DNA of 39,642 nt, from positions 1 to 39,642 of the forward strand of contig CAZDTP010000037.1 of assembly GCA_964508365.1 (NCBI GenBank), written 5' to 3'. The position numbers were made by a program, and so were the translations under genes. The notes under the pieces are model-generated. The model saw nothing but the letters and a program-made list of their open reading frames with translations. It did not search any database and was not told the origin of the DNA. The stretch is from an uncultured archaeon. Lineage in GTDB: Archaea > Asgardarchaeota > Lokiarchaeia > Sigyniarchaeales > SOKP01. Below, one piece after another: positions 18,767 to 26,965 of the stretch (position 1 is the first letter of the stretch; each line of letters opens with the position of its first letter).

Positions 18767-20248
18767 ATGAAATTTGACGAATTCGAATTGATTTATAAGA
18801 ATGATCGTATTGAGATTAAAAATAAAGCTAAGATCTTTTCTGAATTAACAGAAATAATAGGTAAACAGAATGTTTCTACCGAACCTATTGATATTTTAGC
18901 GTATACCAAGGATTGTTCGCTCATCGCTTTTAATTGGACGATTCAAGGTAAAATAGCGGGTTTACCGGATATTATTACATGGCCAGAAACTGTTGAGCAG
19001 ATATCTGAAATTTTAATATATGCAAACAAAGAAAAAATACCTGTTATACCGTACGCTGAAGGATCTGGCGTTGTAGGAGGAGCTATTCCAATACGCGGTG
19101 GAATTATTATAGACATGAAGAAATTTAACAAAATCTTAGAGATAAACGACAAAGACTTAACTGTTACAGCTCAAACTGGAATAAATGGCATGAATTTAGA
19201 GAGATTTTTAAACGATAAAGGTTACACTTGCGGTCACATACCGCAATCCCTTTATACGTCTTCATTGGGAGGTTGGATAGCTCATAGAGCAGCGGGACAA
19301 TTCTCAACAAAATACGGTAAAATCGAAGATATTATTATGGGTATGGAAATCGTTTTACCTCTAGGAGATATTATAAAGTTTAAACCAATTGCCAGAGCAT
19401 CAACAGGACCTCAATTTGACAAACTTTTTATCGGGGGAGAAGGTACGATGGGAATAGTAACAAAAGCGACGCTAAAAATTTGGCCTTACCCTGAAAAGAG
19501 AACGCTCATATCTTATGCGTTTCCTACTTTTGAGGATTCGTTAGAAGCTACGAGACAAATATTAAGGCAACAAATTTATCCCGCAGTTATACGAATTTAC
19601 GATGCTGATGAAACATCCAGACATTTTGGTCATATAGAAAAAGTTAAAGACAAGGTTATGGTTGTATTTGTTTGTGAAGGTATTGGAAGACTCGTCGATC
19701 TTGAAGAACAAATTACAAAAGAGACGTGCGAGAAGAATAATGGCATTGAATGTGGCGAAGAACCAGTTGAACACTGGTTTGAAACTAGATTTAAAGTAAC
19801 AGAAACATCATCAACTCCAACCTTTCAAATGGTTTTCGATACCATTGAAATTGGATTTTTATGGGATAAAGCGGCAGACATGTATCATTCTGTAATAGAA
19901 GCCACAAAAAAAGTGAAAGGTATTGTATTGATAACTGCCCATATATCACACTTTTATCCTAATGGAGTAGGATTTTATTTTACTTTTGCTGGAGTTCCTC
20001 CAAAAGAAAAAAGCGATCTTGAATTTTACCAAGAAGTGTGGCATACGGTTATTAAAACGGTAGAGGATTATGGTGGATCGTTTGGGCACCATCACGGTGT
20101 TGGAATCAATAGATCTAAGTGGATGCAGGTAGAATGGGGAAAATCTTTTGATACTTTAAAAAATATTAAGAAACTACTTGACCCCAATAATATTTTAAAT
20201 CCAGGGAAAGTTTATGAAAATCCTTGGAAAGAAAGAGGTGAGAATTAA
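18767..20248 (+). CDS. FAD-linked oxidoreductase of VAO/PCMH fold, alkyl-dihydroxyacetone-phosphate synthase (AGPS)-like
   Basis: GSGVVGG, GHIPQS..TSSLGGWIA.R.AG, YGKIED, GGEGTMGIVT, PAVIRIYD, GFYFTF, GHHHGVG, K.LLDPNNILNPGK. Confidence 0.85.
   Translation: MKFDEFELIYKNDRIEIKNKAKIFSELTEIIGKQNVSTEPIDILAYTKDCSLIAFNWTIQGKIAGLPDIITWPETVEQISEILIYANKEKIPVIPYAEGSGVVGGAIPIRGGIIIDMKKFNKILEINDKDLTVTAQTGINGMNLERFLNDKGYTCGHIPQSLYTSSLGGWIAHRAAGQFSTKYGKIEDIIMGMEIVLPLGDIIKFKPIARASTGPQFDKLFIGGEGTMGIVTKATLKIWPYPEKRTLISYAFPTFEDSLEATRQILRQQIYPAVIRIYDADETSRHFGHIEKVKDKVMVVFVCEGIGRLVDLEEQITKETCEKNNGIECGEEPVEHWFETRFKVTETSSTPTFQMVFDTIEIGFLWDKAADMYHSVIEATKKVKGIVLITAHISHFYPNGVGFYFTFAGVPPKEKSDLEFYQEVWHTVIKTVEDYGGSFGHHHGVGINRSKWMQVEWGKSFDTLKNIKKLLDPNNILNPGKVYENPWKERGEN
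20235..20241 (+). promoter_or_regulatory. Ribosome-binding site for the Fe-S protein gene
   Basis: GAGGTGA ending 7 nt upstream of ATG 20249; stop and start abut (TAAATG). Confidence 0.7.
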
Positions 20249-21508
20249 ATGAGTGAGATTTTAGAGAAATATAAATGGATGGGTCCAATCATTCAAAAAA
20301 TGGATCGTGAGACTAAAAAAGTATTTATGAAAAGTTTTCGAATGCGTGATAAGAACTTTTTTCCTGAAGGGGATCATAAAGCGGATGTTAAGAACTTAGT
20401 AAATTGTATGCTTTGTCCAAACATGTGTAGGTTCGATTGTGGAACACTTCAAGCGTCTCAGAAAGAAACAATGAGTCCAGCCTATAAAGCAAGAATAGGG
20501 TATTATCTAACAATTGGAAAAATAGATTATAATGATTCTGAGTTTGTAAATTTGATGTATAAATGCACGAATGAGGAAAGTTGTAAAGTATGGTGCCCAT
20601 TTGGATTTTCAGTCGTATCTCTACTTGAGACTGTACGAGATGATATTAATGCGAAGGGTTACATGCCAGATTTTTGTAAGGAACAAATCAAGAAGTTAAA
20701 AGAATCTAATACAATCGAAGGATACAACATCTACGAAACTTATAAAGAAAATGGGATAGAGAATATCGAATCTGATGGTAATGATGATGTGTTTTATTAC
20801 ATTGGATGTGAATCAATGAAATTCCCAGAAGTTATAAAAGCTAATATAAATATATTGAAAAAAGCAGGAATTAAATTCGCGACTAATCTTGACAGTAAAG
20901 TTTGTTGTGGAGGTCCTTCATTTAATATAAGAGATCTTAACACGGCAAAAGATTTTGCTGAAAAAAATAAGAGCTTAATTGAATCAACGGGTGCTGAAAT
21001 TATCGTCTCAGACTGTCCTGGATGTGTATTAACGCTTACTAAGAGATATGAAAGTGTTGGTATAAAAATTGATAAAAAAATAATTCACATTGTCGAATAT
21101 ATTAAAAAATTGTTAGACAAAGGAAAAATCGAGCCAACAAAAAATATACAGGATGATTTGAAAAAAGTAACGATTCACGATCCCTGTCTTATTGCTAGAA
21201 ATATGAACGATACTTCGTCTATTAGAGACATTCTCGGTAAGATTCCAGGTTTGGAATTGGTAGAACCAACATATAATAAAGAATACGTACATTGTTGTGG
21301 TTGGAGTGGTACAGCTCATTGGGCCGATAAAGATTTAGCTATTAAAGAAGCAACGATACGGGTTAGTGAATTAAAGGAAACAGGTGCGAATGTTTTTATC
21401 TCAGCTTGTCCATTGTGTGAACTGGGTTTGGATTATGGACTAAATGAAGAAGAAAAAGAAAAGATAAAAATAATGGATGTATCTGAATTATTAATTAAAA
21501 GTCTTTAG
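20249..21508 (+). CDS. (Fe-S)-binding oxidoreductase subunit with ferredoxin-like and two CCG domains (GlpC/GlcF/HdrD-like)
   Basis: CMLCPNMCRFDC, CTNEESCKVWCP, YIGCES, CCGG, DCPGC, HDPC, HCCG, SACPLC. Confidence 0.85.
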   Translation: MSEILEKYKWMGPIIQKMDRETKKVFMKSFRMRDKNFFPEGDHKADVKNLVNCMLCPNMCRFDCGTLQASQKETMSPAYKARIGYYLTIGKIDYNDSEFVNLMYKCTNEESCKVWCPFGFSVVSLLETVRDDINAKGYMPDFCKEQIKKLKESNTIEGYNIYETYKENGIENIESDGNDDVFYYIGCESMKFPEVIKANINILKKAGIKFATNLDSKVCCGGPSFNIRDLNTAKDFAEKNKSLIESTGAEIIVSDCPGCVLTLTKRYESVGIKIDKKIIHIVEYIKKLLDKGKIEPTKNIQDDLKKVTIHDPCLIARNMNDTSSIRDILGKIPGLELVEPTYNKEYVHCCGWSGTAHWADKDLAIKEATIRVSELKETGANVFISACPLCELGLDYGLNEEEKEKIKIMDVSELLIKSL

Positions 21509-21519
21509 AGTGTGATTAT

Positions 21520-22983
21520 ATGAATGATTTAATGTGTGTATTTGATGTGGGTACCACCGGAGCAAGAACTATAATCTTTGATATTACTGGGAAAGTAATT
21601 GTAAAAGCTTATGAGGAGTATCAAATCCCTAAACAGCCTGTTGGTATTTCGGAGCAGGATCCTCAGATTTGGTGGTCAGCAATAAAAAATACTTGTAATA
21701 GAGTTGTGAGAAGTGGAAAATTTAATCCAGCAGATGTAGTCGGAATCTCAGCAGCGTTTGCTCGGGGTACAGTAACATTATTAGATAAAAATGACGAAAT
21801 TCTCCACCCAGCACTGACTTGGATGGATGAACGTGAATTAACTGATGCTAAGGGATTTAAGGATGAACTAATTTGGAGAAATTCAATTCCAAAGTTATTA
21901 TGGTTAAAAACAAATAAACCAGAATTATTTAATAAAGCTGCTAAAATAATTTGCCCAGATTCATATATTTATATGAAGTTATGTGAAAAATATGTAACAG
22001 ACCCTACTAACGGGATATATGGCATATTGAATTTAGAGTCCTTAAAATGGGATGAAAAGCTTGCTGAAGCATTTGAATTACCAATAAATTTATGGCCTAA
22101 ACTACATACTCCTGGTGAGATTATTGGTGAATTAACAATAAATGCTGCTGCTGATCTTGGATTGAAACATCATACAAATATTGTTTTAGGTGGAGGTGAT
22201 CAACAATGCGCAGCTTTAGGACTTGGAGTAATTTCGAAAGGACAGTCAAAAGTAACAACTGGAACAGGAACATTCGTAGATTATGTCATTGATGAGCCTA
22301 AAAGAGTTGTAGGAGATATTCCTATTTTTACCTATCCACATGTAATTAAAGGAAAGTGGGTCTTAGAAGGCGTTATGCCCGGAACCGGTACAATGTTTCA
22401 AACCTATGCTAAAAATTTCTCTCAATTATTATTGAAAGAATGTGAGGAGAAGAATCTTAGCATTTATGATATACTAACAAGAGAAGCCGAAAATGCACCT
22501 CCTGGAAGCAATGGATTATTATTCATTCCTCTTTATATCTTTCGTAAGGGGACTATTCATGGTTTGGGATGGCACCATGATAGAACCCATTTTGCTCGAG
22601 CAATTATGGAGAGTGCTGCTTTATCCGCTCAAATGTACTTAACTTTAATTGAAGGGTTTGGTGGAATAAGAACTGAGGAATTAAAATCAGATGGTGGGGC
22701 AATGAATAGTAGCTTTTGGGCACAAATATTTGCAGATGTCGTCAATAAAAAAATACTTATACCAGAAAATAAGGATGGTGCAGCATTAGGAGCAGCAATC
22801 TTAGGTTTTTGTGGGTGTGGAAAATATAGTAATGTTTCTGATGCCATTAATCAAATGGTTCGATTCATTGATGAAAAAAATCCAATTAAAGAAAATGTTA
22901 AGATTTATAAGAAACTTACTCGCATTTTTATGCCTACGGTTCTTGAAACTAAGGATAAAAAGCGGGTAACAAAGGATTTATAA
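21520..22983 (+). CDS. FGGY-family carbohydrate kinase
   Basis: DVGTTGAR, EQDP..WW, WMD.R, GGGDQQCAALG, TGTG, GGA..S.FWAQIFADV, AALGAA. Confidence 0.9.
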   Translation: MNDLMCVFDVGTTGARTIIFDITGKVIVKAYEEYQIPKQPVGISEQDPQIWWSAIKNTCNRVVRSGKFNPADVVGISAAFARGTVTLLDKNDEILHPALTWMDERELTDAKGFKDELIWRNSIPKLLWLKTNKPELFNKAAKIICPDSYIYMKLCEKYVTDPTNGIYGILNLESLKWDEKLAEAFELPINLWPKLHTPGEIIGELTINAAADLGLKHHTNIVLGGGDQQCAALGLGVISKGQSKVTTGTGTFVDYVIDEPKRVVGDIPIFTYPHVIKGKWVLEGVMPGTGTMFQTYAKNFSQLLLKECEEKNLSIYDILTREAENAPPGSNGLLFIPLYIFRKGTIHGLGWHHDRTHFARAIMESAALSAQMYLTLIEGFGGIRTEELKSDGGAMNSSFWAQIFADVVNKKILIPENKDGAALGAAILGFCGCGKYSNVSDAINQMVRFIDEKNPIKENVKIYKKLTRIFMPTVLETKDKKRVTKDL

Positions 22984-23291
22984 CAATTTTTTAATTCATT
23001 TTAATTCTATTTTTTTTTAGCTTAGATGTTTATAATTCGTTATATATAGTTATTTCAGTTTCCAACCTAAATTTATAAAAAACACTCTAAAAATATTAAA
23101 AACCTAATAAGTTAAATTTTAATCATTATTAGGAGAATTGAAAAAAATTCATTAACCCAAGTTTTTAAACAAGCTAATTATTAAATATTTTCAAAACAAC
23201 TCCGATTTATTGAATTTCTTTCAATATCGAAAACTATTTTTGGAAACCATTAATTTTAAAAATCATAATTCAAAAATAGAATCAAATAACC

Positions 23292-24128
23292 ATGCCCTTC
23301 TTTAAAAACCAAGAAGGTTATAACCTGTATTACGAAGATATTAACGGTGAGAGTAAGGATCAAACAGAAGGCACTATAATCCTACTTCATGGTTTCGCCT
23401 CTTCAGCTTCATTTTTTAAAGGGCAAATTAAATTGTTAAGAAATAATTATCGGATTATAGCCTTTGATGCGTTAGGGCATGGAAAAAGCGATCATACCGT
23501 AAAACTTAATCTTTCAAAAAACCTTAGATATGATATAATTCGAGATCTTGAGGATCTCTTGGTTTACCTAAATGTTAACGAAAAGTATGGAATTATTGGT
23601 CACTCTCTTGTAGGAGGTATGATTGGACAATTAATTAGTATTGCTCATCCCAAAGATGTCAATTTTCTAATCTTGCTTAATTCGGGTTATATAATGATCG
23701 ATAATGTTATAAGAAACATTTTTTACAATTTACTTCCGTATTTTATCCGTATGAATTTTTTAGAGGTTGTTGCTAATTCGGTTGAGGATATTTTGGATAA
23801 AATTATCCCGTATATTTTAACATCATTGTCTGATTCTCTAAATGGAATGAAATTAACTAAAGATGAATTATACATGCTCATCGAGGACCAGATCTTTTCT
23901 ATGATTAATGAAATTAATGTGTATGACCCTTCTGGAATTGAGTGCCCTACTTTGATTATCGCTGGGAGATTAGATAATTTTGCTCCGGAACAAATGTCAG
24001 AGGAACTCCACAAAAAAATTCGTAATTCTAGGTTAGAAATTTTAGATATGGCGGGTCACTTCGCACCTGCTCAACGTAAGGATGTAATTAATGAGTTAAT
24101 ATGTGATTTTATTAAAACACTTGGTTAA
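23292..24128 (+). CDS. Alpha/beta-fold hydrolase
   Basis: LLHGF oxyanion loop, DALGHGKS, GHSL elbow, PTLIIAGRLD, AGHF (Ser-Asp-His triad positions present). Confidence 0.88.
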   Translation: MPFFKNQEGYNLYYEDINGESKDQTEGTIILLHGFASSASFFKGQIKLLRNNYRIIAFDALGHGKSDHTVKLNLSKNLRYDIIRDLEDLLVYLNVNEKYGIIGHSLVGGMIGQLISIAHPKDVNFLILLNSGYIMIDNVIRNIFYNLLPYFIRMNFLEVVANSVEDILDKIIPYILTSLSDSLNGMKLTKDELYMLIEDQIFSMINEINVYDPSGIECPTLIIAGRLDNFAPEQMSEELHKKIRNSRLEILDMAGHFAPAQRKDVINELICDFIKTLG

Positions 24129-24171
24129 TATATCTTAACGGACTACTATTATAAGTGTTTGTTGCGTATTT

Positions 24172-24540
24172 ATGAATTCCAAACTCGAAGATAATAATAC
24201 TACAATCTCTTATTTCAAAGAAGAAATCGAACGCTTTGTTAAAGAGCGTAGATGGACGAAATTTCATAATCCTAAGAATTTAATTCAAGCTATTGGTATT
24301 GAAGTGTCTGAATTGTCCGAAATATTTTTATTTAAAGACCTTTCACTTAATACAATACATAACGACAAAGACCTTTTCGAAAATATTTCTGATGAGATCG
24401 CCGATGTTTTTATATATCTTGTTAGCCTTTTAAATAGCTTAAATGTAGATTTGACGAGTGCTTTCATAAGAAAAATGAAAAAAAATGAAGACAGATATAA
24501 TTTAGAAGAATTTGGTGACGGTTCGTACCGTAAACTCTAG
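24172..24540 (+). CDS. MazG-like nucleotide pyrophosphohydrolase (dCTPase-like)
   Basis: FVKER.W..FH.PKNL, IEVSELSEIF, DEIADVFIYL acidic metal-binding helices. Confidence 0.88.
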   Translation: MNSKLEDNNTTISYFKEEIERFVKERRWTKFHNPKNLIQAIGIEVSELSEIFLFKDLSLNTIHNDKDLFENISDEIADVFIYLVSLLNSLNVDLTSAFIRKMKKNEDRYNLEEFGDGSYRKL

Positions 24541-24631
24541 AAACACGATATTTTAGTTTATTCTTAGATTAACAAATCTCCAATAGAAATGATAAAAAGT
24601 ATTTTTATGCCAGTTCATCTTTTTTATAACC

Positions 24632-25609
24632 ATGACGTCAGGAGAATTAGATGATATTATTAGAAATCAATTTGACAAAACTTTAGAAAGTACGAATTTT
24701 GAATCATTGGGGAGATTCTATAAGGGAAAAGTACGAGATAATTATATAAAAAACGATATAAGAATAATTATAGCTACAGACCGGTTATCAGCTTTTGATC
24801 GCGTTATTACAACAATTCCGTTTAAAGGTCAAATGCTAAATCAAATTTCATCTTTCTGGTTCGAAAAAACTAAAAATATAGTAAAAAATCATATTATTGA
24901 TATTCCAGATCCAAATGTCTCCATTGTTCATCAATGTAATATGATTCCTGTAGAAATGATTGTAAGGGCTTACATAACTGGATCTGCATGGCGTAGTTAT
25001 ACTAAAGGAGAATCTACTTCAGGAATTATTTTACCTAAAGGATTACAAAAAAATCAGAAATTAGACAATTTTATTTTGACACCTTCCACAAAAGCGGAGA
25101 GTGGGCACGACATATATATTTCCAGAGAAAAAATTATAGAAGATAAATTAGTAGATGAAGAAGTATATTCGCAAATGGAAAAAGCATCTCTAAAGCTATT
25201 TAAATTTGCCCAAAATTACTGCCTTAAAAATGACTTAATATTAGTAGATACGAAATACGAATTTGGAATAAAGGATGGAGAATTATTAGTAATTGATGAG
25301 ATTCATACTCAAGATTCTTCTAGATTTTGGATTGCGGATAGTTATAACGAAAGATTTGAAAGTGGTGAAGACCCCGAAATTCTGGATAAAGAGATTTTCA
25401 GAAGTTGGTTAATGGACACATATCCGGATATTTTCCCAAATATCACCCTAGATCAAGATATACCTCCTATAGCTCCTGAGATTAAAGTAGAACTTGCCAA
25501 AAGATATATGAAAAGTTATCAAAAAATCACAGGAAATGAATTTAAAGCAGAAGTATCAGATGTAAAGAAGAGAATCGTAGAGAATCTGAAAAAAGCTAAT
25601 TATTTGTAA
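24632..25609 (+). CDS. purC: Phosphoribosylaminoimidazolesuccinocarboxamide (SAICAR) synthase
   Basis: GKVRD.Y, TDRLSAFD, IPFKG, PVEMIVR.YITGS, TPSTKA, DTKYEFG, DEIHT.DSSRFW, DKE. Confidence 0.95.
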   Translation: MTSGELDDIIRNQFDKTLESTNFESLGRFYKGKVRDNYIKNDIRIIIATDRLSAFDRVITTIPFKGQMLNQISSFWFEKTKNIVKNHIIDIPDPNVSIVHQCNMIPVEMIVRAYITGSAWRSYTKGESTSGIILPKGLQKNQKLDNFILTPSTKAESGHDIYISREKIIEDKLVDEEVYSQMEKASLKLFKFAQNYCLKNDLILVDTKYEFGIKDGELLVIDEIHTQDSSRFWIADSYNERFESGEDPEILDKEIFRSWLMDTYPDIFPNITLDQDIPPIAPEIKVELAKRYMKSYQKITGNEFKAEVSDVKKRIVENLKKANYL

Positions 25610-25655
25610 CTCCTAGGAAAAGATTTATATAAGATTTTTCTGTATTTTTTTTATA

Positions 25656-25859
25656 ATGTTTGCTTTTATTTTACTAATTGGTGTATTTGGATTATTTATG
25701 ACAAGTTTTATTGTATTAATTATAGATATGCTTTCTCCAAAAAGAAACAATAATCGTCCTTCCGACGAAAAATTACTAAAACTTGGTAAATACAGCTTTT
25801 TGTTTAATCTCTTTGCCCTATTACTTTTAGTGTTTGTAAGCTTTATGTATACATATTAA
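25656..25859 (+). CDS. Small two-helix membrane protein, hypothetical
   Basis: 67 aa, two hydrophobic segments separated by a basic loop; fills the gap between purC and purS. Confidence 0.55.
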   Translation: MFAFILLIGVFGLFMTSFIVLIIDMLSPKRNNNRPSDEKLLKLGKYSFLFNLFALLLLVFVSFMYTY

Positions 25860-25988
25860 TTTACTTCTCAAGGAAATATTATAAATTTTAATAGATTGAA
25901 AAAATCCCATTTTTGTCGCATTTCATAGAAGAAAATTATTTATTAATTAATAAGAACTATTAAAATTATAATTCAACTTTTTTTATAA

Positions 25989-26258
25989 ATGGATCAAATG
26001 GAATTTATAATTGAAATTTCTCTTGAGAATAAGCCTGCTGCTCGTGATCCTGTCGCTGAAACCATAAAAAGAGATTTGCTCGCAAAAAAAGGATACGATA
26101 ATGTGTCTAAAGTTCGTTCTGGTCAATATTTAAGAATCATTATAAAGGCGATTAATGAAGAAGATGCCAAAGTAATTGTTACAAACATGTGTAACGATTT
26201 AAGAATATTTAATCCAGTCACACAGAACTTAAACATCATAAATGTGAAGAAATTATGA
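25989..26258 (+). CDS. purS: FGAM synthase subunit PurS
   Basis: DPVAETIKR, V..VR.G, MC..L..FNPV; ATGA overlap with purQ. Confidence 0.9.
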   Translation: MDQMEFIIEISLENKPAARDPVAETIKRDLLAKKGYDNVSKVRSGQYLRIIIKAINEEDAKVIVTNMCNDLRIFNPVTQNLNIINVKKL

Positions 26259-26965
26259 CAATTAAGATTGCTGTCATTCAATTTCCGGGAGCTAATTGCG
26301 ATTTAGATGCAGTTCATGTCTTAAGGAATGTTGTAGGTGTTGATACCAGTTTAGTTTGGCATAACCACTTTAAAGAAGCTGACTTTGACGGTGTAATTTT
26401 ACCAGGAGGATTCAGTTTTGGCGATTATTTAAGAGCGGGAATAATAGCAGCCCATAGCCCCGCGTTAGATGAAGCAAGAATAATGTTGAAGGACGGTAGA
26501 CCCATTCTTGGTATATGTAATGGTTTTCAGATCTTAATCGAAGCGGAATTTCTTCCTGGAGCTTTATTGCAAAACGAAACTTTAAAGTTTGTTTGCAAAT
26601 GGGTAAATATTAAAGTAATAAATGATCGAACTGCCTTTACTCATAGAATGAAGAAAGATGATGTCCTTGCAATTCCCATTGCTCACGGAGAAGGAAGATA
26701 TTACACTGACAACTTAAAGGAGTTAGAAGAAAACGATCAAATAGTATTTAAATATTCAACTGAGGACGGTAGATTCAAATCAGAAGCGAACCCGAACGGT
26801 TCTTTAGAAAGTATCGCAGGAATCTGTAATATTGAGCAAAACTGTGTGGGATTAATGCCACACCCTGAACGCGCATCTGAATCGATACTTAGTCCTAAAC
26901 AGACTACTCATGGTAGGATTTTTTTTGAGTCAATGATTGAATTTATAAAACGGAGGTTAACTTAA
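26255..26965 (+). CDS. purQ: FGAM synthase glutaminase subunit PurQ
   Basis: [26 protein letters not shown] (catalytic Cys), AHGEG, NPNGS, MPHPER. Confidence 0.96.
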   Translation: MTIKIAVIQFPGANCDLDAVHVLRNVVGVDTSLVWHNHFKEADFDGVILPGGFSFGDYLRAGIIAAHSPALDEARIMLKDGRPILGICNGFQILIEAEFLPGALLQNETLKFVCKWVNIKVINDRTAFTHRMKKDDVLAIPIAHGEGRYYTDNLKELEENDQIVFKYSTEDGRFKSEANPNGSLESIAGICNIEQNCVGLMPHPERASESILSPKQTTHGRIFFESMIEFIKRRLT

